A stretch of 63,972 bases of DNA, the filler included, from Octopus bimaculoides (taxonomy: Eukaryota): NCBI RefSeq assembly GCF_001194135.2. It is 4 parts of 4 records of this genome, joined end to end, with 100 filler letters (N's around TTAATTAATTAA, not from the genome) between each part and the next. Parts side by side here need not be neighbours in the genome. Positions count along the whole stretch, not along the records: positions 25,362 to 56,512 come from NC_068989.1; 3 more parts are not named here. One strand, given 5' to 3'. Each line of letters begins with the position of its first letter. Position 1 is the first letter of the stretch. Made by a program: the position numbers and the translations under genes. Shown one piece after another: positions 34,735 to 47,973 of the stretch. The notes below the pieces were generated by a model. The model saw only the letters and a list, made by a program, of their open reading frames with translations. It did no database searches and had not been told where the DNA came from.

Positions 34735-35070
34735 GGTTCCAGGTTCAGTCCCATTGCGTGGCACCTTGGGCAAGTCTCTTCCACTATAGCCTCGGGCCGA
34801 CCAAAGCCTTGTGAGTGGATTTGGTAGGCGTAAACTGAAAGAAGCCCGTCGTATATATTATATGTATATGTTTGTGTGTCTGTGTTTGTCTCCCCTCCAC
34901 CATCGCTTGACAACCGATGCTGGTGTGTTTACGTCCCCGTAACTTAGCGGTTTGAGAAAGAGAACGATAGAATAAGTACTAGGTTACAAAGAATAAGTCC
35001 TGGGGTAGATTTATTCGACTAAAGGCGGTGCTCCAGCATGACCACAGTCAAATGAATGAAACCAATAAAA
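34735..35070 (+). mobile_element. SINE family B, near full-length
   Basis: Matches 48027-48395. Confidence 0.85.
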
Positions 35071-35122
35071 GACTATATATATATATATATATATATGTAT
35101 ACACACACACACACATGCATAC

Positions 35123-35317
35123 ATGGGTACAGAACGTCACCAACGGTGCAAATAACATGAAATACGTAAGCAAACAAGTGAAATATGTAAACAACAAGAA
35201 AAAATGGAAAACAGGACAAGTAAACACAGAAAAGACCCTTTACTTGTCCTGTTTTCCATTTTTTCTTGTTTACGTATTTCATGTTTTTCTGCACCGTTGG
35301 TGACGTCCTGTACCCAT
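35123..35317. repeat. Foldback: ~80-100-bp inverted arms with a 14-nt spacer
   Basis: atgggtacag.acgtcaccaacggtgca...aaatggaaaacaggacaagtaaa and its reverse complement ending tacccat at 35317. Confidence 0.8.
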
Positions 35318-35657
35318 NNNNNNNNNNNNNNNNNNNNNNNNNNNNNNNNNNNNNNNNNNNNNNNNNNNNNNNNNNNNNNNNNNNNNNNNNNNNNNNNNNN
35401 NNNNNNNNNNNNNNNNNNNNNNNNNNNNNNNNNNNNNNNNNNNNNNNNNNNNNNNNNNNNNNNNNNNNNNNNNNNNNNNNNNNNNNNNNNNNNNNNNNNN
35501 NNNNNNNNNNNNNNNNNNNNNNNNNNNNNNNNNNNNNNNNNNNNNNNNNNNNNNNNNNNNNNNNNNNNNNNNNNNNNNNNNNNNNNNNNNNNNNNNNNNN
35601 NNNNNNNNNNNNNNNNNNNNNNNNNNNNNNNNNNNNNNNNNNNNNNNNNNNNNNNNN

Positions 35658-35696
<39 letters not shown>

Positions 35697-36384
35697 CATT
35701 ATTTGTTATTTAATTGAACGCTACGCATCCATTTCCAAGTAAGTTATATATATAATAAATAATATATAAATATATGCCTATATACATACATACATACACA
35801 TACCTACATATGTATATATACATGCATATATGGGTACAGGACATAAAAAAATACGTAGACGCAATGAGTAACGAAAACATAAATATATATACTTATATAT
35901 GAGAAAGAGAGAGATCGTCTGTCAACGATATTAAAATGAGTGCTTTTATGCACCACGAGTCCTATATGAGAGGGTCCTCTCAATGTGAAGAACGCAACAT
36001 TCTGTGATCTAAACACAACCTCCACGTTGAGTTGGAGATAAGTATTACCTTCTGGTATTCATACTGCTTCTGTCACTTATTATGCGTGTGTATGTGTCCG
36101 TTTCCCCGCTACCATCGCTTAACAGCCGGTGTTGGTGTGTTTACGTCCTCGGTTCGGCAAAAGAGACCCATAGAAGTACTAGGCTTAAAAAGCATAAGTT
36201 CTGGGTCGATTTCTTCGACTGAAACAATTTAAGGCGGTGCCCCAGCATGGCCGCAGTCAAACGACTGTTACAAGTATAAGAATAAAAGAAAAGAGTAGAC
36301 ACCGTCTCTCCTTTTTCTCTTTCCTTCCTCCTTTCCTTCATTGCAATTTTATTCTCATTCGCGATCTAAATTGTTCTTTCTCTC

Positions 36385-36610
36385 TCTTCTCCTCCTACTT
36401 TTCTCTCCTCCTACTTTTCTCTCCTCCTACTTTTCTCTCCTCCTACTTTTCTCTCCTCCCACTTTACTCTCCTCCCACTTTACTCTCCTCCCACTTTACT
36501 CTCCACCCACTTTACTCTCCACCCACTTTACTCTCCACCCACTTTACTCTCCACCCACTTTACTCACCTCCCACTTTACTCTCCTCCCTCTTTTCTCTCC
36601 TCCCACCTTC
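36385..36610. repeat. 16-bp pyrimidine-rich minisatellite (~14 units)
   Basis: Unit ctctcc(t/a)c(c/t)acttt(t/a). Confidence 0.9.
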
Positions 36611-36622
36611 TCTCTCAGACCC

Positions 36623-37036
36623 AATAGTTCTCCACCCGGGATCCGTATAAGATTTTGTTCAAGTTTATCTGCAAAAAATTAGTTTTACTTCCATAGTAAA
36701 CAAAATATTTAAACAATTTTTTTTTTAAATGCAATTCCTAATAATATTTAATTATAAAAATATTATNNNNNNNNNNCTCCCACCTTCTCTCTCAGACCCA
36801 ATAGTTCTCCACCCGGGATCCGTATAAGATTTTGTTCAAGTTTATCTGCAAAAAATTAGTTTTACTTCCATAGTAAACAAAATATTTAAACAATTTTTTT
36901 TTTAAATGCAATTCCTAATAATATTTAATTATAAAAATATTATAGGATTTTAAAATCCTGGAATGGTAATGAGGTTCCATTCGAGTAAAATAGGAATTAG
37001 AAAGGTCCATAGACAGAAAATGGTTGAGAACCACAG
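36623..37036. mobile_element. hAT (Charlie-like) MITE, older copy
   Basis: Right TIR ggttgagaaccacag, degenerate left TIR caatagttctccacc; body shared with 47974-48547; includes an artefactual duplication at the gap. Confidence 0.6.
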
Positions 37037-37144
37037 CGCCAACCCATATCAGTAAGTTACCATGGTTACCCGCAAACCAAGGTGCAATGTCCACAGCTTG
37101 AATCCTGCACCCATCTCGTCTCTTAGGGATGTGTCTTGGCCTTG

Positions 37145-37335
37145 GCAAAAACGTTAGCACGCCAGGCAGTAATGCTTAGCGGTATTTCGTTTGTCTTTAC
37201 GTTCTGAGTTCAAATTCCGCCGAGGTCGACTTTGCCTTTCATCCTTTCGGGGTACAAGTACCAGTTGCGTAGTGGGATCGATCTATGACAAGCCCCCTCA
37301 CCCAAAATTTCGAGCCCTGTGTCTAGAGGAGAAAA
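37145..37335 (+). mobile_element. SINE family A
   Basis: acgttagcacgcc...gagttcaaattccgccgaggtcgactttgcctttcatcctttcgggg. Confidence 0.85.
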
Positions 37336-37369
37336 GATTATATCCATTGTGCAATTTCTGCATTTAAGG

Positions 37370-37699
37370 CAGGGGTCGCCAAACTTTTTCGGCCATCGAC
37401 GCCTCCACCCCCTCCTTTAACCACTTCTCCTTCTGCATCGACCTTCTTTAGCCACTTCCCCTTCTGCAACGACTACCCTCTTCATTTCAAACTACGTGGA
37501 CGAGTCTACAGTATTAAACTTTCAATTTTTTGAAAAATGCCTCATCTTGTCCCACGTTTCATAGCGCTAAGTATTTAAAGCAGTTCATCTGACTGAGTGA
37601 GCTAGTCTTTGGCACGCCGACCCCTATTCGACCCTTGGGCTATCATCGACCCCCTGTCATTCCTCGGCGACTCCTAGGGGGGTCCTTTGGCGACCCCTG
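37370..37699. mobile_element. hAT-type MITE (330 bp)
   Basis: Perfect 14-bp TIR CAGGGGTCGCCAAA; 8-bp TSD atttaagg / atttaaga (7/8). Confidence 0.88.
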
Positions 37700-40409
37700 A
37701 TTTAAGACAATAGGTGTGACTTTTTTTAATTGGACATGAAACATTTGGCTGCTATTTCAGCAGGTCAGGCGACTACATAGAGGCTTTCTCGTTGGCTCGA
37801 GCTGAAATTGTCACAGTTGTACATAGCTGTACAACCTCTTTGTGACGCAGTTCGCCTAGCTGTCAGTAGGTGCCACTAAGCGGTACAGTCTGTCTAGCTG
37901 TAATTAGGGACCACATAATACAGCCGCTGCAATAAGCGGTGACAATATCGTGAAATCACGTGGTTTGTTTCTATGGTAGTATAGACCAGTTTGCTCCCCC
38001 CCCCCACGCCGCATAGAGCGGACAGCCTCCTCGCCCCCTCTCACAAGCAAAGCTACTGAAACTTACCCATTTAACGCTTCCCATCAAGATGAAGCTCCAC
38101 CCCAACTCATGTTCCCCCTCTTACCGTTTCTTCTCCCACCACTACTTCTTTTGCTCCTCCCTCTACCTACATTTCTACTTCTTCCATCTCATCGCTTTAG
38201 CTTACTTTTTACATGTCTCCCTCTTCTTCCTCCGCTTTTTCTTTATTATCTCTCATTCTTCCTCTCGTCACTCACTGTTTATCTTCATTTTCTCTTTTTA
38301 TAGACCTACACTCTTTCTTTCTTTCTCTCTCTATCTACTCCCTCGCCATACGTAACTTTTCGTTCTATTGCATTTTACTCTTACTTTTTTTCTTTCTTGT
38401 GCGTCTACTCTTTGCTCCGTCTCTCTTTCTGTTCTGTCTGCCACGCCCCTTTCTCTATATTCGCAATTGCTCCACCCCTTTTCACTTTATTTGCATTTAC
38501 TCTTTGTTTTTCTCTTTTCCAGAAGCACTGAGTTATCTCCCTTCTCTGCACATTTACTCCCTCTCGTCTATACTTTGTGCCTTGTATTCCACACAACCTA
38601 CCTTCCTTGTCTTTGTATCCAACCTGTTGTTCCATTTAAATTTCCGATTATGATATCGTCTGCTCTGCTGCCCTGGCATTTTTGTCATCATGACCTTGTT
38701 ACAATTTATACTGAGCAATTTTCTTAATCTCTCATTTTTTCTTCTCTTGTCCGTTTCCCGTCCGATCATTTCTGTACAAGTGACACACGTACCTTTTTTN
38801 NNNNNNNNNNNNNNNNNNNNNNNNNNNNNNNNNNNNNNNNNNNNNNNNNNNNNNNNNNNNNNNNNNNNNNNNNNNNNNNNNNNNNNNNNNNNNNNNNNNA
38901 TATATATATATATATATATATATAAAACAATTATATATTATAAGGGCGGAAGCCACAAAAATTAACATTAGATTTACTCTTGTTTTTGACTCCTATTTTG
39001 AGTAGAGCTGGTGCTTCATAGCGCCCTTGTATATAATTCTTATATTTCTATTAATTTTACCTATACGGTTTTAAGCTTGCGGCCACTAACATTTATTATC
39101 GCTCGTGAGTATTAATGATCTGAGAGATCATCAATAATATTACAACGCTAACTTTTTTCTTTTTGTACGTACCTGTTGTGTGTGTCACACTTACTTCAAG
39201 TAAGTTGCAAAGTGACAGAGAGGAAGTAAGAGAAGGTGAAAGTGACTGAGTGGTGACGCGGGAGAGAAGAGGGACACAAAGAAAGTGAAAAAGAGAAAGT
39301 TATACATAAATCCAAAGAAAAGTGTATACATAGATACGTACACACAGCAAATATTGGATGTCATTTTCACTCTTCATTACCACACGAGGATAAAATTAAC
39401 TCACAAATGGCTGAGTACTTCAGACATGCATAACATTAACGTAGTTCTCAGGGAGATTCAGCCTCACACAGAATATGACAAGGCAGGCCCCATTGAATTA
39501 CAGCTATAACTCGAGACATACATATATACAGACATACATACATATATATATATGAAGATATTTGTGTGCGTGTGTGTATAGTTTAGCGTAGTTAAAACAT
39601 ATTTGCAATAAGTGTCGCGTGGTGGAAATAAGCGCAATTACCAGTTTCATTCATAAATCCATTTATTATTTCGTTCTTTTGCATTTCAATTTTTACGTTA
39701 AGGTTCTTAAGTACGATGTATTTTAAGGTTAAATAGTAATTCCGTTTACGTTTGTGTAACATATTTTGGTTGGATTATATTGTCATTGGTGTTACATTAC
39801 TTTCTATATTCTGTAACAGTCAGAATATACTTTTCTAGGCCTGAATTTTTTGTAGGGAGGGGGCCAGTTGATTAGATCGACCCCAGTACACAACTAATAC
39901 TTAATTTATCGACCCCCCGAAAGGACGAAAGGCAAAGTCGATCTCGGCAGACTTTGAACTCAGAACGTAAAGACAGACGGTCATAATATACAAACATTTC
40001 TCATGGCACCAGGACACTGTTTACAGATGCTTACATTTTATTTTGCTTTCCGTGTGTCGCACTTTGACCCCTCCCTTCTCTCGCTATTCAATGACACTTC
40101 CTTGTGCTGGAGTGAGAGTAATAGTAGGCATAGAGACGGTAAGGGCGGTGGCGAAGAGAGAGAAAAAGAGAGACACAGAAATTTAGGGAGAGTTGATGAT
40201 TTTTTATTAAAAGTAGTAGTGTTGATGGTTGCAATGGGAGTAATAATAAAAGAGAGAAAAGGGGAAATGTACAAGTTTCTTGGACAAATTCCTGTGGCCT
40301 GCATACTGAACCAACTACTGAACACTATCATTTTTGTTTTATTTTTTGCTTTCTTTAATGCATATATATATATACGTATATATATATATATATATGTGTG
40401 TGGTGTGTT

Positions 40410-40629
40410 GTATATATATATACAAACTGCAATCCTGAAATTTTGGATTCCAATGTTTTCATTACTGCGATTGTTTTCGGGGTTTAAAAAAATTTTTTTT
40501 TACATAATTTTTAGCGACGAATATCATTGGGATATGACTTTAGAGGAAGCAGTTGCAACAAATTCTCCAAAACAAGTCAGAGATCTGTTTGCAGATCTTC
40601 CCATTCGGGGTTAGTTGCTTAAAAGCTAG
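40410..40629 (+). mobile_element. Mini-Helitron (~220 bp) retaining a RepHel fragment, in (TA)n
   Basis: SDEYHWDMTLEEAVATNSPKQVRDLFA (40513-40593) resembles the Helitron W..L.EA....P.Q.R.LFA segment; short hairpin ccc-attc-ggg then CTAG|T at 40626-40629. Confidence 0.72.
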
Positions 40630-40633
40630 TATA

Positions 40634-40696
<63 letters not shown>

Positions 40697-41064
40697 ATAT
40701 CGTCTGGATAATAACCTCATAATGTGCATTTCAAAGCTCCTCTACTGTATTCGGCTAGCATATGCTATCATACAGCAGGAATGCACCATTTAAAATTTGA
40801 AATAGATGATTGAATAAACAGGCTTCAATCCAAGTCACAATTGTTTCTTATGTATGTATATCTTTCAACTTGTTTCAGTCAGACTGCGGACATGCTGGAG
40901 TACACCCTTGAGGGACTAATCAAGCCCAGTCCTTATTTTCTTTTTAAACCTGTTACTTATTGTATCGTTCTCTTTTACTAAACCGCTAAGTTACGAATAT
41001 GGAAACATGCTGTCGTCTCACCCTAACCGTGTCACGTTGCCTTTCTTTACATTTACCTTGTTTG

Positions 41065-41410
41065 CAAGCATAGCTGTATGGTTAAGAAGCTCGCTTTGCA
41101 ACCACATAGGTTCAGGTTCAGTCCCACTGAGCGGGACCTTGGGCAAGTTTCTTCTGCTATAGCCACGGGGCGACCAAAATGCCTTATGAGCAAATTTGGT
41201 AGACAGAAACTTGACAGAATCCCTTTGTGTGCGTGTGTTCTCTTACCTCCGCTTCACAATCGGTATTACTTTACGTTCCCGCAACCTAGCGGTTCGGCAA
41301 ATGACACCGCTAGAATAAGTGCCAGACGTATTTTAAAACCTATGTACTGAGGTCGATTTGTTCGCCTTAAACCCTTCAAGGCGTTGCTCCAGCATGGCCG
41401 CAGTGCAATC
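41065..41410 (+). mobile_element. SINE family B, degenerate full-length
   Basis: Head, ccttgggcaag segment and 3' ccagcatggccgcag present. Confidence 0.75.
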
Positions 41411-41632
41411 GCCGATTGGCTTCATTTTCTCCTGCTTTGCCACCCTCAGCCGGGGCTGGAGTTCGAAACTAGAATGTTCACTTCACTCGGCAAATCAACT
41501 TAACAAATCCTTCCTTGTTTTCTTAGAACGTGTGTGTGTCTGTGTGTGTGTTCGATAAGGAAATAAAATGAGACAAAAAACATTGAAGCTCCTCTCTGAA
41601 ATGAATTATATTAACACACGAGTTTTTCTTTT

Positions 41633-41675
<43 letters not shown>

Positions 41676-42879
41676 TACCTCTCTCTCTCACTACCTCTCT
41701 CTCTCTCNNNNNNNNNNNNNNNNNNNNNNNNNNNNNNNNNNNNNNNNNNNNNNNNNNNNNNNNNNNNNNNNNNNNNNNNNNNNNNNNNNNNNNNNNNNNN
41801 NNNNNNNNNNNNNNNNNNNNNNNNNNNNNNNNNNNNNNNNNNNNNNNNNNNNNNNNNNNNNNNNNNNNNNNNNNNNNNNNNNNNNNNNNNNNNNNNNNNN
41901 NNNNNNNNNNNNNNNNNNNNNNNNNNNNNNNNNNNNNNNNNNNNNNNNNNNNNNNNNNNNNNNNNNNNNNNNNNNNNNNNNNNNNNNNNNNNNNNNNNNN
42001 NNNNNNNNNNNNNNNNNNNNNNNNNNNNNNNNNNNNNNNNNNNNNNNNNNNNNNNNNNNNNNNNNNNNNNNNNNNNNNNNNNNNNNNNNNNNNNNNNNNN
42101 NNNNNNNNNNNNNNNNNNNNNNNNNNNNNNNNNNNNNNNNNNNNNNNNNNNNNNNNNNNNNNNNNNNNNNNNNNNNNNNNNNNNNNNNNNNNNNNNNNNN
42201 NNNNNNNNNNNNNNNNNNNNNNNNNNNNNNNNNNNNNNNNNNNNNNNNNNNNNNNNNNNNNNNNNNNNNNNNNNNNNNNNNNNNNNNNNNNNNNNNNNNN
42301 NNNNNNNNNNNNNNNNNNNNNNNNNNNNNNNNNNNNNNNNNNNNNNNNNNNNNNNNNNNNNNNNNNNNNNNNNNNNNNNNNNNNNNNNNNNNNNNNNNNN
42401 NNNNNNNNNNNNNNNNNNNNNNNNNNNNNNNNNNNNNNNNNNNNNNNNNNNNNNNNNNNNNNNNNNNNNNNNNNNNNNCTCTCACTACCTCTACCTCTCT
42501 GTCTCTCTCACTACCTCTACCTCTTTCTCTCACTACCTCTACCTCTCTCTCTCTCTCTCTCCGAGATATTTGTAAGCTATTAAATTATGTTCATCGATTT
42601 TCCCTTTAGTGCAATTATCGTTTGTTCTTTGTTTCCTTGACAAGATCTTTTCTCTCTCCACCCACCTGTGTGTGTGTATAGGTGTGTGTGTGTCCGTGTC
42701 TCTCCCTCCTTTCTCTTTTTCGTCTCTTTTCTTCCTTTAACTGCAGTTGAGCGACTCGTAGCTGTCCGGTAGCCTTGACAAAGAGATACAGAAAGTGACA
42801 GCTGTCAACTAACGTGTGTGTGTGTAATGAAAAGGGGCGATCTACCGAATGGTCCGCACAAAAATCATGATTCTAATAA

Positions 42880-43305
42880 CTCGCTTATAGGCACAAGCCC
42901 TGAAATTTAGGGGGCTGGGGCTGTCGATCACATTGACCCCAATGCTCAACTGGTACTTATTTTATTGACATCGAAAAGGATGAAAGGCAAAGCCGACCTC
43001 GGCGGGATTTGATCTCGGAGCGTACAGACGGACGAAATGCCGCTAAACATTTTGCTCGGCGTGCAAACCATACTGCCAACTCGACGCCTTATGGTGATAC
43101 TAATAATTCTACTACAGGCACAAGGCCTGAAATTCTGGAGGAGGGGACCAGTCGATTACATCGACCCCAGTGCGTAACTGGTACTTAATTTATCGACCTC
43201 GAAAAGGTTGACAGGCAAAGCTGACCTCGACGGAATTCGAACTCGGAACGTAGCGAAGGAGGAAATGCCCGACGTGCTAACCATTCTGCCAGTTCGCCGC
43301 CTTAG
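42880..43305 (-). mobile_element. Two tandem SINE family A copies
   Basis: ggcacaag.cctgaaatt...gaaaggcaaag.cgacctcg.cgg twice. Confidence 0.85.
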
Positions 43306-44223
43306 TAGGAAAATGAATTAGATGAATGAAAGTCGAGCAGTTGTCTAGCTTGTGATGATTATAGTTAATATTATTATCAGAGTCTACGGAGAAAATAATG
43401 AGAATAGCTGAATAAATCAAATTTAATGAGAACTAGATTAATGAGTAAAAGGTTTAAATTATTCAAAAATTGATGCCAAGCAATTACGGAAAAGAGGATA
43501 AGTGAAAGTAAATAATTTAATAAACGAGCGAATGAACAAGTCTAAGTTTTAATAAGTATTTTCATTATCTTTACATACTTCATAATCATCAAGCGAAAAT
43601 TATTGAACCGTTAGGTCAGAAAACATCTGTCAGATTTAATTTAAATGAAACAAAGGTTAATGAATTGATAATTAACGGGTGAAGCTTAATTACACACACC
43701 GTCAACATACAGTAGATAATTGTCGGTTCATTAGATCGGAAAGAATCGTTATAGAATGTTGGGTGAAAAATTGTGATGTACGATAATGTGTATTATATTA
43801 ACAAGTGTATATGGGGCAAAGATAAAACAACGAAGGGGAAAGCATTGTGTACCAAGGTTGAATACGGGTGCATCTTATACACGAGTAAATACCGTAAAAA
43901 TCAATATTTTCTCCAGCTAATAATATTTCAAGCAATTACATCGTGGAAGATGATGTATCTGTGCGCGCGCGTGCAGAAATATACGTACACATACCGATAA
44001 AATTAGGGAGAGACGAGAGAAGCATTAAAACGTCTGATGTCAGATAAGTCAGTGTCGAATCAGCGACGCCAAAACGGCTGTGCCAAAACGTCTCATATCC
44101 AGAACGCTCTCCCTATCCAAACCACATCTTATCATACATATATCCAAGACTTTCCATTGATCTAATACATTCAAACGAATTCTAAAGCGAAGAAAACATA
44201 ACTACATACATACAGTGCACAAG

Positions 44224-44322
44224 TACCCTGTTGATGATATTGAAATTTTAATGAAACTTTGGATCTAGGTTAGAAACCGGCTCTTTCTCCATTGGCAAGA
44301 AATCTAGACATAAACTTAAATA
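44224..44322. mobile_element. Fragment of Penelope-like family P1
   Basis: taccctgttg..gatattgaaatt...ggatctaggttagaaaccgg.tctttctc.attg.caagaaat, shared with 62592-62690, which leads into the canonical hammerhead. Confidence 0.55.
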
Positions 44323-44329
44323 ATCCTTT

Positions 44330-44776
44330 CTGCTAAAGGCACAAGGCCTGAAATTTTGGGGGAGGGAGCTAGTCAATTATATCGGCTCCACTGCGTAACT
44401 GGTACATGTTTCGTTCAAAGGGAAATAGCTTCTTCGACCTATTTCATCGATGAAAGGCAAAGTTGACCTCGGCAGAATTTGAACTCAAAACGTAAGGACG
44501 GACGAAACGCCGCGAAGCATTTTGCCCGGCGTGCTAACGATTCTGCCAGCTTGCTGCCTTAGAAATGAACCTAGATAATCTTTTCTACTAAAGGCACAAG
44601 GTCTGAAATTGGGGGGAGGGGAATAGTCGATAACATCGACCCCAGTGCGGAACTGGTACTCGATTTATCCACTCCGAAAAGATGAAAGGCAAAGTCGACC
44701 TCGGCGGAATTTGAACACAGAACGTAGCGGCAGACGAAATACCGCTAAGCATTTCGTCCGGCGTGCCAACGTTTCT
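44330..44776 (-). mobile_element. Two tandem SINE family A copies
   Basis: As above; runs into a gap. Confidence 0.85.
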
Positions 44777-45280
44777 NNNNNNNNNNNNNNNNNNNNNNNN
44801 NNNNNNNNNNNNNNNNNNNNNNNNNNNNNNNNNNNNNNNNNNNNNNNNNNNNNNNNNNNNNNNNNNNNNNNNNNNNNNNNNNNNNNNNNNNNNNNNNNNN
44901 NNNNNNNNNNNNNNNNNNNNNNNNNNNNNNNNNNNNNNNNNNNNNNNNNNNNNNNNNNNNNNNNNNNNNNNNNNNNNNNNNNNNNNNNNNNNNNNNNNNN
45001 NNNNNNNNNNNNNNNNNNNNNNNNNNNNNNNNNNNNNNNNNNNNNNNNNNNNNNNNNNNNNNNNNNNNNNNNNNNNNNNNNNNNNNNNNNNNNNNNNNNN
45101 NNNNNNNNNNNNNNNNNNNNNNNNNNNNNNNNNNNNNNNNNNNNNNNNNNNNNNNNNNNNNNNNNNNNNNNNNNNNNNNNNNNNNNNNNNNNNNNNNNNN
45201 NNNNNNNNNNNNNNNNNNNNNNNNNNNNNNNNNNNNNNNNNNNNNNNNNNNNNNNNNNNNNNNNNNNNNNNNNNNNNNNN

Positions 45281-45650
45281 GTCTGATAAGGGTACACCAG
45301 GCACATGCATCACAACCATATGTGCGCGACATGGTGATCTTATATAAAGATAAACAGCACATGACCTCGCAGGTGGGGCCCAGTTAGAATTTTCTTCAGG
45401 TCGAGTAGCCCATCCCGCTCAAAAGATCCCTGAATAAGGTTTGTTTAAGGATGTTGAGCAAAACACCCATGTTTCCAAAGGTGAATTATTCAAACCCCAA
45501 AGAATTCCTCTCAACACATAGCTATGATGCTCCCCCACTACTTCTTCTCATGATCAGAGATGCACATATCGTCAGCCACCAAGGGACATGCTCAACTTGT
45601 TACGGTCAAACTACTGACAAGCAAATCTGTGGTATTGAGCAGAATATTTG
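45281..45650. repeat. Probable unclassified interspersed repeat
   Basis: GC-richer block with no ORF that starts at a gap; single copy in this window, so repeat status is an inference. Confidence 0.35.
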
Positions 45651-47297
45651 CTGGAATAATACGCTTTATCATTGTCCAAACAGTGAATTTTCTTAAACGG
45701 CGAAATTTCTTGCCTCGAATTTTTCGGACATAATATCTAAGGATGTGAGCGCGTTCTGCGCCTAAGATGTGAAATCATGTGTTGAAACAGATGTGCTCTG
45801 AGAGGATCATTTTGCCAATAAAAACAAATGCACTAATTGTATTTCATTTTTTCCCCCCGCTATCATTATTACACTCGGTCAACTAATTAAATATCTAATC
45901 AATTGTTTAATTCAACTGATTAATCGTCTGATTCACCAGTCTCTTCGTCGCTGTTCGCTACCTTATCGATTGCATGGCCCTCATCTGCTCTTAATGTCAC
46001 AAATTGATTTCTTAGTATTTTGCTTCAATATTTATAGTTTATGGTGTGTGTGTGTGTACGCTCGTTTTTGTGTTTGCTTCTCTCTGTCAGTGATTGATGG
46101 TTAGTTTTTAAGTCATTTTGAACTTTAGACTTTGCGTGTGTGATTATAGAGAGATTGTTTGAAGTGCTGTACAGATTTTATTTACTAAGAAAGAGGAGTT
46201 TGTAAGGATTTTGGTATGAAAATTATTTATTTAGCTCTTTCATCATTTATGAGAGATTGACCACGAGTNNNNNNNNNNNNNNNNNNNNNNNNNNNNNNNN
46301 NNNNNNNNNNNNNNNNNNNNNNNNNNNNNNNNNNNNNNNNNNNNNNNNNNNNNNNNNNNNNNNNNNNNNNNNNNNNNNNNNNNNNNNNNNNNNNNNNNNN
46401 NNNNNNNNNNNNNNNNNNNNNNNNNNNNNNNNNNNNNNNNNNNNNNNNNNNNNNNNNNNNNNNNNNNNNNNNNNNNNNNNNNNNNNNNNNNNNNNNNNNN
46501 NNNNNNNNNNNNNNNNNNNNNNNNNNNNNNNNNNNNNNNNNNNNNNNNNNNNNNNNNNNNNNNNNNNNNNNNNNNNNNNNNNNNNNNNNNNNNNNNNNNN
46601 NNNNNNNNNNNNNNNNNNNNNNNNNNNNNNNNNNNNNNNNNTTTACGTTCTGAGTTCAAACTCCGCCGAGGTCGACTTTGCCTTTCATCCTTTTCTGGGT
46701 CGATAAATTAAATACCAGTTGCATACTGGGATCGATCTAATCAACTGGTCCCGTCCCCAAAACATTTCGGGCCTTGTGCCTAGAGTAGAAAATCTAATAA
46801 ATGATTTCTGCATACTTCCACGTGTATTTTAATTTTCCACTTCAGTTTTTAGGTTTTGGTTTTTAATTTTTATGCCTTTAAATTTGTTCGCTGAGACCGA
46901 CGTAAATTCGGATAAACCGACTGAAGTTGGGTTTTATTTTGCCATTAATTAAAAAAAAAAAAAGACGACGTAAAATTGAAAAAGACGTATGTTGAGGTAT
47001 GCGTGTAAATGTTTATGATTATTCGTAAATACTTTCCATCTCGATTTATATCATTTAACATTTTAATTTCTTCTTGGTTTACTGCATCAATGCTTTTGGT
47101 GTAATCAACGAGACGTAAATTCGGGTCTCATAGCTTCGTTGTTCTTCCAATTTTCTCAGGATGTACACAACACAAGGCGTTCCTTTACCCTCAACAAATC
47201 CACATCGTACTTCAGTCGGTGTCTCTGGTTTGATCCTGTTCCTGGATCTGAGCATTAAAGACTCACAAGATTTTTATAATGTAGATCACAAGGCTGG

Positions 47298-47340
<43 letters not shown>

Positions 47341-47973
47341 ACGCGCGCGCATGTGACTAAATGATAGAGCTAAATCAACACAGGAATAGCTCGAAACTGA
47401 TTTCTTTATTTATCCAAGCATTGTTCGACAATTCTTTTGTTCTTTAATACCCATTAATACCCTGTAGAGCTGACTCATCTTTTGTGTGAAGAATCCGGGT
47501 ACGTTTCGATTGTGTGGTAAGTAGTGGCGGTCGGCATTCCAGAAAAAGCAAATGTGTACTTAAATAGGCATACATAAATGAGATTCCTGATTAAGAAAAC
47601 AATGGAAGGTAGGTGTGGGAGCAACGTCCATGAGATTTTGGAGGTCCCTCTGCTACAAGCCTGAGATTTACACGCGCAGTGCCCAGCTTGGCTAACTTGG
47701 TGACAGTATCTACGGGGAATATAGCGATTGAGTAAAGGATGTAGGGATGTTTGCTCCAAAAGCTTACAACAGATTGAATTATAATTAACACACATAAGGG
47801 TCAACTTGAAGTTGGTTGTTATTGTTGGTACCAGGTGACTTGATTGAGCAAATCAATGGACTTGCTCAAGATGGTTTGATTGAGCAGCAAAGATGTTTAA
47901 ACCCTGATCATCCATTTTGTTTCTCTTTTATATTTTCTTCATACACTTTGACCAAAGGCTTCACCATCTAACG

